64,000 nucleotides of DNA from an uncultured delta proteobacterium (GCA_963767925.1 CAVYGB010000008.1:1-64000); one strand, 5' to 3'; positions 9,664 to 19,772 are shown, counted from the first letter of the stretch. Numbers and translations: made by a program. Notes: generated by a model not told the origin, from the sequence alone.

Positions 9664-9970
9664 TGTGATCTCCGTGGTTGGTTATGGGTGCGGCGGTCGG
9701 GGTGGGCGGCGGGCGAAGACCAAGCTGCCCTCGCTCAGGTCGCGCGAGAATTCGCCGGGCGCCCGGACGCGCTCGACCAGGCGAGGGCAGCGGTACGCCG
9801 ATGATTCGGTTTCATTGTGGAACGCGGTCATGTCGGGAGGTCCAACGTTGGCGGCGAGTATTCGGAGGACCTCGTCGATGACGTACCGGGAGTCCGCGGC
9901 GCCCACCCGCCGAGGTGAGCGGGCGCCGCGAGGTCGCTCCGAGGAATGCGGGGAAGGCCGGGAGTCCCGG

Positions 9971-11338
9971 CTACTTTCGCAGCGTTCGGAAGGCGGCTCG
10001 GAGCTCGCCGGCAAACAGCGCCGGATGTTCCCAGGCCGCGAAGTGGCCGCCCCGGTCGGCGACGTGGTAGTAGATCAGATTCCGGAAGGCGCGCTTGGCC
10101 CAGGTCTCGGGGGCACGATAGACCTCCTCGGGGAACACCGTGATGGCCACCGGGACCGAGATCTCGCTGGTCTTCTGGGCGCTCGCGCTGATGAGGTCTC
10201 GTCCGCGGTTCTCCCAGTAGAGCCGGGCCGAGGAGGCCGAGCTGTTGGTCAGCCAGTACAGCGTGAAGTCGTCCAGCACATCGTCTCGCGTGGGCGACTG
10301 CTTGGGATCTTTGCCGTACGCCCAGTGCTCGAACCCCGAATGCACGAGCATCCACCCGGCGAGCCCAGCCGGGGAATCCGTCAGGCTGTAGCCGACGGCC
10401 TGGGGCCGGGCGCCCATCATGGTCAGGTAGGCCAGGCCTCCGGTCTGGCCGAAGGCCTTCAGGCCCTCGACTGCTGCGCGTTCCGGTCCGGTGATGCCGG
10501 GGGGGAAGGGGCCGCCGCCGAGCGCCGGATGGACGTCGTCTGGCACCGCCGCCGGCAGGTTGGTGTGGAGGCCGAGCAATCCAGCGGGTGCCTGCCGTCC
10601 CATGGCCTGGACGATGCCCGCTCCCCAGTCTCCGCCCTGCGCGACGTAGCGGGTATAGCCCAGGCGCTTCATGAGGACGTCAAACGCGAGACCGATGCGC
10701 TCCAGCCCCCAGCCTGGCTCGGTGGGGCGCCCCGAGAAGCCGTAGCCAGGCAGGGACGGGATCACCACGTCGTAGGCGTCCTCTTCCCGGCCGCCGTGTT
10801 TGGTCGGTTCGGTGAGCGGACCGATCAGCTTGATCTGCTCGAAGACAGACCCCGGCCAGCCGTGGGCGATGATGAGCGGGAGCGCGTTCGGGTGGGGCGA
10901 GCGGACATGGATGAAGTGAATATCCACCCCGTCGATCTTGGTGATGAACTGCGGGTAGGCGTTCAACCTGGCCTCACCCTTGCGCCAGTCGTAGCCCGTG
11001 CCCCAGTGGCGCACGAGCTCCTGGAGCTTGGCGAGCGGAACGCCCTGCGATGGATCCGCAACGGTCTCTTTATCGGGCCAGCGGGTGGCGGCGAGGCGCT
11101 GCTTCAGGTCGGCGAGGTCGCTGTCGGGCACGTTGGCGCGGAACGGCCGGATCGCGGCGGCGGCCTTGTCGGCAGCGGCGGGCGCCGCCAGGGCCGTGCC
11201 GACGGCCATCGCCGCGAGCACCGAGAGTCCCAGACGTCGGGCCGACGCTGACGAGAGGGCGAGACACGTCATCGCGACAAAGACGACGAGGCCAATCCGG
11301 AAGGTAGCTGGGCGGGTCAGTCGTTCGAGTTGTTTCAT
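9971..11338 (-). CDS. Epoxide hydrolase, secreted; paralog 2
   Basis: Same catalytic motifs as paralog 1; signal-peptide-like N-terminus (AVGTALA); same GAGGAGAACAGC-ATG context. Confidence 0.88.
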   Translation of the reverse strand: MKQLERLTRPATFRIGLVVFVAMTCLALSSASARRLGLSVLAAMAVGTALAAPAAADKAAAAIRPFRANVPDSDLADLKQRLAATRWPDKETVADPSQGVPLAKLQELVRHWGTGYDWRKGEARLNAYPQFITKIDGVDIHFIHVRSPHPNALPLIIAHGWPGSVFEQIKLIGPLTEPTKHGGREEDAYDVVIPSLPGYGFSGRPTEPGWGLERIGLAFDVLMKRLGYTRYVAQGGDWGAGIVQAMGRQAPAGLLGLHTNLPAAVPDDVHPALGGGPFPPGITGPERAAVEGLKAFGQTGGLAYLTMMGARPQAVGYSLTDSPAGLAGWMLVHSGFEHWAYGKDPKQSPTRDDVLDDFTLYWLTNSSASSARLYWENRGRDLISASAQKTSEISVPVAITVFPEEVYRAPETWAKRAFRNLIYYHVADRGGHFAAWEHPALFAGELRAAFRTLRK

Positions 11339-11782
11339 GCTGTTCTCCTCGAACGCATGAAACCCGACGCCCGGAGTGGGATCTATGAGACCAAAGTGTC
11401 TACGATACCTTCGTCTGTACTCGAAACGGAGCCAACCGCCGTGGCCGAAGGTGTCCCACGGATTGTTGTTGGGCGAGGCCAATTGACACCATCGTCTTAT
11501 CGCGCGGTGGCGTTGTCTCGCGTATTCATCCGCGCTCGCATCGCTGGAGGAACACCAATGTCCGGGAAGCTCGATCTGTTTTCCTCGCCGGCTTGCTCGG
11601 CGAGACCGTCAGGAGCGTGGCAGGGGGTTGGTTCGTCCTGCCATTGGCAGTGGCCGGGCCAGCCTGTGCCAACCAGAGGGGCGCCTCGCCGGAGTCGCCA
11701 CCTGTCGGTCGAGACCGCCGACTCGCGTTAGCGACGCGCAGCTTGGGCGCGGGGGGCCGCCCGCCCCTCCGCGCTCCCCACC

Positions 11783-11796
11783 GATACGAAAGTATC
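11783..11796. promoter_or_regulatory. Palindromic operator-like site GATAC-GAAA-GTATC (one of at least six related sites)
   Basis: Related cores at 8937, 11390, 11407, 13223, 13380 and 16639, all intergenic. Confidence 0.55.
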
Positions 11797-11907
11797 ATCG
11801 ACGGTGGGCCGGCCCTGGCACACTCTCGATCCGCGAGAGCCTCGCAAAGCGTGCCAGTAGAAGATGAACTCCGAGGTGTGGTCGAGCCCGGGAGCGTGTG
11901 ACGTCCC

Positions 11908-12291
11908 GTGGCCAGCCGTGCGCTCGTGGTGGTTGTGGACGATGATCTGTCTGTGCGGGAGTCCCTGCCGGAGTTGCTCCGGCAGTGCGGTTTCGCCGCG
12001 ACGGCGTTCGCCTCGGCCGGGGACTTCCTGGCCTCGAGCGTCACGGACCCTATCTCCTGCTTGATCCTGGACATCGCCATGCCTGGCAAGTCGGGGATCG
12101 AGCTGGCGCAAGAGCTGGCCCGGAGCGGGCAGGCGATCCCCATCATCTTCATGACTGCCCGCGGAGACCGGAGAGACCGGGCCCGCCTGTTGCGGGAGGG
12201 GGCGGCGGAGTGCCTGTTCAAGCCGTTCAGCGAGAGCGAGCTGCTGGACGCGATCCGGGTCGCGCTCGGCGAGCCCCGCGGCGCTCCTTGA
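11908..12291 (+). CDS. Single-domain response regulator (receiver only)
   Basis: VVDDD, LILDIAMP, FMTA and KPF motifs. Confidence 0.88.
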   Translation: MASRALVVVVDDDLSVRESLPELLRQCGFAATAFASAGDFLASSVTDPISCLILDIAMPGKSGIELAQELARSGQAIPIIFMTARGDRRDRARLLREGAAECLFKPFSESELLDAIRVALGEPRGAP

Positions 12292-12316
12292 CCACGGCGA
12301 GGCGCGCCGGGATCGC

Positions 12317-13015
12317 TCAGGTGCCGAGAGGGAGTCTCTGAGCGAGGGGACCGGTCCGTCCCACGTGCAGCTTGGCCGCCATCTTCACCAGATCGGCCAG
12401 GGAGCTGGCCATCATCTTCCGCATGACCTTCCCGCGGTGGGCCTTGACGGTGATCTCGCTGATGCCGAGCTCGCCGCCAACCTGCTTGTTGAGTAGCCCC
12501 GATACCACGAGCGCCATGACCTCCTGCTCGCGGGGGCTCAGCGAGGCGAAGCGGCCGCGCAGCGCTTCGAGCACGGCCCCCTCGGCCAGCGCCGCGCGGC
12601 TGAGCTCGATTGCGTTTTCGATGGCGGTGGCCAGGACCGCGGCGCTGAACGGCTTGGTCAGGAACTCGACGGCCCCGGCTTTCATGGCCTGGACCGTCGT
12701 GGGGATGTCGCCCTGGCCGGTGATGAAGATGATCGGCATCTCCATCTGCTGGTCGAAGAGGCGCTTCTGCAGGTCGAGACCGTTCAGGTCGGGGAGGGCC
12801 ACATCGAGCACCAGACACCTCGGCGCGGGAATGTCGGGGCGAGCGAGAAACGCGTGAGCGGTGGCGAACAGCTGCGGCTGCCAGCCCAGGGAGCGGATCA
12901 GCAACTCGAGGGACTCTCGCACCGAGACATCGTCGTCGACCACCAACACGACCGGGCGGGGCGGCGGGAAGGCTGACTGTCCGCCTGCCTTGCCGTCGCG
13001 AACAGCCCGTGTCAA
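12317..13015 (-). CDS. FixJ/NodW-type response regulator (receiver + LuxR HTH); start uncertain
   Basis: VVDDD, LVLDV, FITG, KPF, LSPREQEV...LNKQVGGELGISEITVKAHRGKVMRKM. Confidence 0.88.
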   Translation of the reverse strand: MTRAVRDGKAGGQSAFPPPRPVVLVVDDDVSVRESLELLIRSLGWQPQLFATAHAFLARPDIPAPRCLVLDVALPDLNGLDLQKRLFDQQMEMPIIFITGQGDIPTTVQAMKAGAVEFLTKPFSAAVLATAIENAIELSRAALAEGAVLEALRGRFASLSPREQEVMALVVSGLLNKQVGGELGISEITVKAHRGKVMRKMMASSLADLVKMAAKLHVGRTGPLAQRLPLGT

Positions 13016-13484
13016 CGCCTCAGACAAGGCGGCCCTTCGCCGACGAGAACGTCTCCGGTGCGCAGCCGAGCCCTGCGAGTATCCACGAGCGGAAATGGCG
13101 GGCGGACTCGTCGTCGTCCACAACCGCCAGCAGCGAGCGCGTACCAATCACCGGATCACCGGCGCTCAATCTAGCCTTCCACCAGAGCCGTGCGCAATCG
13201 GGCTCACGCCTCTCACCCCTATACCTTGGTATCGACTATCTCCCGAGATTTGTTCGGATAGTCGCGCTCTCGGCACACATTTGTTCTCGATCGCCCGTGG
13301 ACAGGCGGCGATATGGCCATCTCCAAGCTCGGACGCCCATTTCCGCCGTCTTCGCTGGCCAAGACGAGCAGGACCCGGTACCAAGGTCCAATGGACGACT
13401 TGCTCCGGGGCCCGAACTCTGCGAGCGGCGCCACCACCCGTCCTGACTCGCCGCCCGTCCGGATCCGCGTGACGGCGGTGTAAG

Positions 13485-15881
13485 GTGGCCGCCCCACTTG
13501 AAGCTACGAGCGCCGAAGTCACCCGGCTGCGTGCCTCTCTTCACGATCTCGCCAGCATCATGGCTCTGCCTGCCGTCGAGACGGGTAGCGGGCCGGGCCA
13601 GGGCGTGGGTACCCTGGTCGACGCCCTGCTTGAAATACTCCGGGCGACGTTCGTGTGTGTGCGATTGAAGGCTCCTCAGGGCGGTTCTCCTCTGGAAACG
13701 ATGCGCGTCGCGCGCCTGGAACGAACACCTGGAGCCGAGGAGATCAGGGAGGCGATTGACTCGTGGCTGGGACAACCGTCCCGGGAATGGCCGCCCCACG
13801 GTCGGGTCTCCGTCGGTGGCGTGGGCCTGACCTTTGCATCGGCACGTCTGGGGTTTCAGGGGGAGCTTGGCCTCATCGTGGCCGGGGCGCGAAGGCCTGA
13901 CTTTCTCGAGGAATCGGAGCGCCTCTTGCTGGACGTCGCCGCGAGCCGGGCGACCATCTACCTGCAGCACACGGGCAACGAGCTGCTGACGCTAGAGAAT
14001 GCGCAGCACCGAGAGACAGCGGGCGAATGGCGGTTGATCGTGGACAGCATCCCCGGCCTCGTCGCGCTCCTGGGCCCCGATGGCGGCGTCGATGTCGTCA
14101 ACCGCCAGATCCTCGAATATAGCGGACGGAGCCTGGAAGAGCTGAAGCGCTGGGGGACTGGTGAGATCGTTCACCCGGAGGACCTCCCCCACGTCATCGA
14201 GGTATTTTCGCGATCGATCGCCTCTGGCAGCGCGTACGAGATCGTGCAGCGCCTGCGGCGGTCGGACGGGCTCTATCGCTGGTTTCAGAACAACGGCTTT
14301 CCGCTGCGCGATTCCGCCGGCCGCATCGTTCGCTGGTCCGTGCTGCTGACCGATATCGACGCACGAAAGCGCGCGGAGGACGCCCTTCGAGCGAGCGAAG
14401 GCAAGCTCCAGCTCACCATCGGCACGATGCCGGCGCTGGTGTGGTCGGCACGCCCCGACGGCACCGCCGAGTTCTTCAATCAGCACTACCTGGACTTCGT
14501 CGGCCTGTCCGCGGAGCAGGCGGCGGACTGGGGCTGGACGGCTGCCGTCAACCCCGAGGATCTGCCCGGTCTGGCCGCGGCCTGGAGGCGGATCATGGTC
14601 TCCGGGTCGCCGGGAGAGGCCGAAGCTCGCTTGCGCCGGCACGATGGAACTTACCGCTGGTTTCTCTTCCGTACGAACCCGCTGCGCGATGAGACCGGCA
14701 CGATCATCAGGTGGTACGGCGTGAATACCGACATCGAAGATCGAAAGCAGGTCGAGGCAGAGCTCCGCCGAGCGTACGACAGCTTCTCCGACGCCCAGCG
14801 GCTGAGCAAGGCTGGCAGCTTCATCACCGACCTGGTGGGCGACGACCACAACTGGTCCGACGAGACCTACCGCATCTTCGACTTCGAACCAGGGAGCGAA
14901 GTGACCGTGGAGAGGATTCGAAGCATCATCCATCCGGAGGACATGCCGTCGTTCGACTCCATGATCGCTCGCGCCTCGACGGGGGTGGACGTGACCTTTG
15001 CGTTTCGGGTGACGACCTCCCGCGGTGTCGTCAAGCACGTGCGCGGCATCGCCCACGTCATCGAGCAGATCGAGGGCCGACCCATGTTCGTCGGCGCTCT
15101 GCAGGACGTGACGGAGAGGATGGTCGCCGAGGAGGCCCTGAACCGGGCCCGCTCCGAGCTGGCGCACGTGGCACGAATCACGACGTTGAGCGCGTTGACC
15201 GCCTCCATCGCCCATGAGGTCAACCAGCCGCTCTCCGGCATCATCACCAACGCCAGCACCTGCCTCCGCATGCTGGACACCGATCCTCCGAACGTCGAGG
15301 GCGCGCGCGAGACCGCCCGGCGGACCATTCGCGACGGCAATCGCGCTTCCGGCGTGATCGCTCGGCTGCGTGCGCTGTTCAGCAAGGAAGAGTTCACGCT
15401 CGAGCTTCTGGACCTGAACGAGGCCACGCGCGAGGTCATCGCCCTGTCGTTGAGTGAGCTTCAGCGGAACCGGGTCGTGCTACGTTCCGAGCTCGCGGAG
15501 GATCTCGCGAGCATCACCGGCGACCGAATCCAGCTCCAGCAGGTCATCCTCAACCTCCTGCGCAACGCCTCGGACGCGATGGTCGACGTGCGCGACCGAC
15601 CCCGGCAGTTGCTGATCAGGACCGAGCGAGACGATGACGACCGGGTGCGGGTGACCGTGCGGGATGCCGGCGTTGGCCTCTCTCCCGAGTGCATGAACAA
15701 GCTCTTCGACGCCTTCTACACGACCAAGGACGAAGGCATGGGGATCGGGCTCTTCGTCAGCAAGTCCATCATCGACAGGCATCAGGGACGCCTCTGGGCA
15801 GAGCCAAACGATGGACCGGGGGCCACCTTCTCGTTTTCCATTCCCCGTGGAGCAGCGGCCCTCACGAGGGTGCCTGCATGA
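13485..15881 (+). CDS. Cytoplasmic multi-PAS sensor histidine kinase (NodV/NwsA-like)
   Basis: Three PAS/PAC repeats (HPED, YRWF); H-box IAHEVNQPL; N box NLLRNA; DAGVG, FYTTK and GMGIGL. Confidence 0.9.
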   Translation: MAAPLEATSAEVTRLRASLHDLASIMALPAVETGSGPGQGVGTLVDALLEILRATFVCVRLKAPQGGSPLETMRVARLERTPGAEEIREAIDSWLGQPSREWPPHGRVSVGGVGLTFASARLGFQGELGLIVAGARRPDFLEESERLLLDVAASRATIYLQHTGNELLTLENAQHRETAGEWRLIVDSIPGLVALLGPDGGVDVVNRQILEYSGRSLEELKRWGTGEIVHPEDLPHVIEVFSRSIASGSAYEIVQRLRRSDGLYRWFQNNGFPLRDSAGRIVRWSVLLTDIDARKRAEDALRASEGKLQLTIGTMPALVWSARPDGTAEFFNQHYLDFVGLSAEQAADWGWTAAVNPEDLPGLAAAWRRIMVSGSPGEAEARLRRHDGTYRWFLFRTNPLRDETGTIIRWYGVNTDIEDRKQVEAELRRAYDSFSDAQRLSKAGSFITDLVGDDHNWSDETYRIFDFEPGSEVTVERIRSIIHPEDMPSFDSMIARASTGVDVTFAFRVTTSRGVVKHVRGIAHVIEQIEGRPMFVGALQDVTERMVAEEALNRARSELAHVARITTLSALTASIAHEVNQPLSGIITNASTCLRMLDTDPPNVEGARETARRTIRDGNRASGVIARLRALFSKEEFTLELLDLNEATREVIALSLSELQRNRVVLRSELAEDLASITGDRIQLQQVILNLLRNASDAMVDVRDRPRQLLIRTERDDDDRVRVTVRDAGVGLSPECMNKLFDAFYTTKDEGMGIGLFVSKSIIDRHQGRLWAEPNDGPGATFSFSIPRGAAALTRVPA

Positions 15882-16041
15882 TTGGATCGGCCAGCTTGGC
15901 TCGACGATTCCTGACCAACGCCGGGAGGCTCGGGGACGTTCTGGGCGACGGCCAGCGAGGATCGTCCGGTCAGGAACATCGTTCCCAGGACCAATCGTGC
16001 CGCTGTGGCCGACATGGGCGCGCTCCGGTTGGGTCCGCTTG

Positions 16042-16566
16042 TCAGGGGGAGTAACGGGTGAAGACGAAGTCGCGAGCGCCTACCAGCTGGTGGCAGGGGA
16101 AGCAGGTCTTCAGCAGGCTCTCGGCAGCGGGCTTGCCATTGTCGAAGTGGCCGTATCCCCAGCCGCCGGTCGACGCGTACCGCCGGGCGTCCTTGATCAT
16201 GAACTGCACACCGTTCTTCGGGGCACCCGCCACGAAGGATTGGGGGCGAGAGAAGGCCTTGTTGTTCTCCTCCGACGCGACGTGATCCCAGGCGATCCGG
16301 GCGATGACCGAGCCCTCGGGAAACGGAAGCTTGTCCTTGCGGTAGGCCTTGATTGCCTTCTCGTTGCCGAGAATGGCCCGGATGTCGTTGAGCTCTCCTT
16401 CTTCGCGCGCCACCGACACCAGCTTCCAGTCCCGGTATCCGGCCGGGATCTGATCCACGAAGGTCAGAGTGGCCTCTCTCTCGGAGCTCCCGGACGCGAA
16501 AGCGGTGACGACGACGGCGCCGGCAACGGTTGCCCCTACGGCCATGGCGAAAGCGATCGGTTTCAT
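16042..16566 (-). CDS. Cytochrome P460 / c'-beta family protein
   Basis: Signal peptide; IPAGYRDW, FPEGSVIA, TGGWGY and C-terminal CFPCH...DFVF. Confidence 0.85.
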   Translation of the reverse strand: MKPIAFAMAVGATVAGAVVVTAFASGSSEREATLTFVDQIPAGYRDWKLVSVAREEGELNDIRAILGNEKAIKAYRKDKLPFPEGSVIARIAWDHVASEENNKAFSRPQSFVAGAPKNGVQFMIKDARRYASTGGWGYGHFDNGKPAAESLLKTCFPCHQLVGARDFVFTRYSP

Positions 16567-16898
16567 GCGCGTTCTCCCTTCAGCGGACCTGAGATCGACG
16601 CTTCCACTATCGGGACCCACCTGAACGTGGTCCATAGGACGATGGTGTGGATCCGGCGCCGGGGCCTGGTCGAGGCGCGACAGGAGACGTTGGGCCAGAG
16701 ATACGAGAGGGGATGCGAACCGTCGATTGGACGACGGTGTCGGGAGGATCCCCCGGCGAGGGGCATCGAGGTTGCGAAGGGCGAGAAGGCCGGCTACTCT
16801 CTGGCTCGTGAGCACGCTCGGCAACTGGCTGACCCGTTCGACCCGCTATTGCGGCGGTCGTGTACGGGTCTGTCGTGTCTGAGCGCTCGCTGCTGACG

Positions 16899-16932
16899 AT
16901 GACCCGGGCTGGATGCCGCGGGTCGTTCTTTT
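16899..16932 (+). terminator. Intrinsic terminator-like hairpin just upstream of the TyrRS gene
   Basis: ATGACCCG/CGGGTCGT stem followed by TCTTTT. Confidence 0.5.
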
Positions 16933-16971
16933 GTCGCTCGTAGTCTCCGGTCCTTGACGACGGAGATGACG

Positions 16972-18369
16972 ATGGGCCAGGGGACACGAGAACAGACAAG
17001 CGGGCTCGGGCGGTCGGTGGCGCGGATCGCGCCTTTGCTGGCCGAGGGCGATCTCTCTCGGGCGGCGGGGGGCTGGGCGACCTGCTGGGGGAGATGGCGG
17101 AACGGCGAGGCCTCGACCTCTCCGACCTGGATCCGGCGGCGCAGAGTGAGCTGATCGCTGCGCGGGTCAGCGGGGTGCTGCCCTCGCGGGAGGCGCTCGC
17201 GGAGGTCATCGGCCGGGCCGGCGGGCGAGGGGTGACGGTGAAGCTGGGGGTGGACCCCACGTCGGCCGACCTGCACCTCGGGCACGCGGTGCCGATCGCG
17301 TTGCTCGGGCGCTTCCAGCGGATGGGGCACCGGCCGGTGCTCATCGTCGGCGACGTCACCGCGCGCATCGGGGATCCCTCGGGCCGCTCGGCCGAGCGCC
17401 CGCCGCTGACCGCGGACGACGTGCGCCGGAACATGGCCAGCTACAAGCAGCAGGTGCGGCCGTTCTTCGACCTGGATCGGTCGCAGCTCCGCTACAACAG
17501 CGAGTGGCTGGACGGGATGACGTTGCCTCGCCTGATCCAGTGCCTGGCCGGCGTCCCCGCGTCGACGCTGCTCCAGCGCGACGACTTCCGGCAGCGCCTG
17601 ACCGGCGGCCACGGGCTGTCGATGGCCGAGCTGATCTACCCGGTCGTGATGGCGCTCGACTCGGCGGCGCTGCGCGCCGAGGTCGAGCTGGGCGGTGCGG
17701 ACCAGCTCCTGAACATGCAGATGGGTCGCCGGGTCATGGAGCTGGCCGGCCAGGCGCCTCAGCTCGTGGTCACGGTCCCCCTCGTCGAGGGCACCGACGG
17801 GACCGGCGCAAAGATGAGCAAGAGCCGCGGCAACACAATCCCCCTCACGGCCCCGCCGGGCGACATGTTCGGCCGGGTGATGTCGAATCCCCGATCGGCT
17901 GTCGCTGCCCTACCTGCGGGCCTGGTCAGAGTGGACCGACCCGGAGATTGCGGTGCTCGAGGCCCGCGCCCTGCACCCGATGGCGCTGAAGAAGCTGGTC
18001 GCCGCCGAGATCGTGGCGGCGGTCCACGGCGTGGCGGCGTCGCTCGAGGCGCGGCGGGCCTTCGAGGCCCGCTTCTCGCGCCGGCGCTTCGACGAGGTGG
18101 AAGGGCTCCCGGTTGTCGCGCTGGCGGTCCACGGCAGCGGCTCGCTCGGGGCGACGCTGACGGCGGTGCTGGGCTTCGCCCCCAGCCTCTCGGCCGCGCG
18201 GCGCCTCGCGCGGCAGGGTGGTCTGCGGCTGGTGCGCGAACGCTCGGGGACGCAGGAGACGACCGCCCTGGGAGAGCGTGATCTCGGGCGCCCCCTGGGC
18301 GAGGTGGCGGCGGGAGGGGAGGGCGACCTTTACCTGAAGGCCGGCCGAAAGGTGGCGAGGTTGCTATGA
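16972..18369 (+). pseudogene. tyrS: Atypical tyrosyl-tRNA synthetase with two apparent frameshifts (G-run 17067-17072; extra A at 17886-17887)
   Basis: GVDPT..DLHLGH, IGDPSGRS, ELGGADQ and KMSKS motifs; the protein continues as IPDRLSLPYLRAWSEW...HPMALKK after removing one A; S4-like tail. Confidence 0.8.
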
Positions 18370-18529
18370 CCCCGTGAGGAGTCTCCGCCGGGCGGGGCTC
18401 GACCCGGCCTCTGAACGGTCAGCAGGACCCAGGAGGCGTGTTTGGCGCGAGCAACCCAGAGCCGGAACCTGTTCTTCCCTGGTTAACGGTCCGGCCGGGA
18501 GGGGCGTCTTGCGTTCGGAGGGCCGAGGC

Positions 18530-19130
18530 ATGCCGATACACGACGCTACCGGGCAGAATTCCCACCGACCGACCCGCCGGGCCCTGTTCGCGGCGGCCGC
18601 CCTTCCGGCGACGGTGTGGTGGGCGGGCTGTGCCTCGAGAACGCCGTCCGGCGGCGCGCCTGCCGGGGGGGAAGGTGGGCCGCCGCGGGGGGCTACCGGC
18701 GATTGGCGACGCGACTGGCAGGCGCTGATCGAGGCGGCGCGGGCGGAGGGGAGGCTCTCCCTCCTGACCTGGGGCAACGCCTGGGGCGGGCCCGGGTTCG
18801 CGGGCTTCGCCGGCGCGGTCGAGCGGTTCGAGAAGGCGTTCCCGGGCGTGGCGGTGGACCGGCTGGGCGAGTCGTCGCCGCGCGTGTGGATGGCGAGCAT
18901 CCAGCAGGCCCGGTCCGCCGGGCGCTACGCCTTCGATCTGGCGCTGATGGATCCTTACCCGGGAGGGGCAAACCGCCTTGACCAGCAACCTGCCCACAAA
19001 CAGCGGCCGGACCGACGTGAAGTCCTTCGCCGACGAGGGGATCGCCACGCCGGGCCAGCGCTACTACGAGCCGGACCGCGAGTCGAACTACCGTCACAAC
19101 GACGAGACTGAGCGCCTCGTCCCTCGCTGC
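18530..19130 (+). pseudogene. ABC extracellular solute-binding lipoprotein with large internal deletion
   Basis: Tat-like TRRALF and WAGC lipobox; W..LIEAARAEG.L N-terminus joined at ~18948 to out-of-frame C-terminal motif WILTREGQ...NSGRTDV. Confidence 0.65.
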
Positions 19131-19772
19131 TCAGCGAGGGCTGACCGGCGTCACCCGCGGAAGGGGGCTGGCCCGTGGGGGGCCCTCAGGCGCTGCCCCC
19201 GCCAGATCGCCGAGGATCTTCCTGGCCACCGACTCGAACCGCGCGACCTTGCCGTAGGACCGCGCCACCAGCATCGCCCCCTCGAGGGAGCTCACCAGGA
19301 AGGCCGCGATCGCGGAGGCGGAGCCCTGGAAGCGAAGCACCTTGGCCCTCCGGCCCTCCTCCAGCACGCCGGTCAGCCAGGATTCGTTGGCCTTGAAGAA
19401 CTCGACGACCCGCTTCCGCATCGGGCTCGGCAACGTCTCGAAGTCCGCGGCCAGGACACCACAGAGGCACATGCGCTGCTTGCGCAAGACGTCCCGGTAG
19501 AGCTGGGCGTACTTCGCGAGCCTCGTCCGGGCGTCCTGGTTGTCGCGCCGGATCCGGTCGAGGGCGCCGACGAACCGCTCGTGGTAGCGGGTGATCAGCG
19601 CCTGGCCGAGCGCGGCCTTGGTGGGGAAATGGTGGTGGAGGCTCGCCTTGCGAATCTGGAGCTCGTCCGAGATATCCGCGTAGCTGAAGGCATTGAAGCC
19701 CTGGACCTGGACCAGGCGCTCAGCGACTTCGAGGATGGAGGCCGCTGTATCGGCCCCCCGTCGTGCTGCCAT
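19131..19772 (-). CDS. TetR family regulator (NemR/LmrA-like)
   Basis: ILEVAERLVQVQGFNAFSYADIS...HHHFPTK HTH; MCLCG; EGAML. Confidence 0.88.
   Translation of the reverse strand: MAARRGADTAASILEVAERLVQVQGFNAFSYADISDELQIRKASLHHHFPTKAALGQALITRYHERFVGALDRIRRDNQDARTRLAKYAQLYRDVLRKQRMCLCGVLAADFETLPSPMRKRVVEFFKANESWLTGVLEEGRRAKVLRFQGSASAIAAFLVSSLEGAMLVARSYGKVARFESVARKILGDLAGAAPEGPPRASPLPRVTPVSPR

Noticed and set aside
9682..9910. Possible small minus-strand ORF between epoxide hydrolase 2 and the VOC gene
   Set aside because: No clear start context or motif
16700..16970. T-box riboswitch before tyrS
   Set aside because: No GGTGGNACC T-box sequence or specifier stem seen
17880..17895. Programmed ribosomal frameshift in tyrS
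   Set aside because: No slippery heptamer; two independent homopolymer-type indels are better explained by decay or sequencing error
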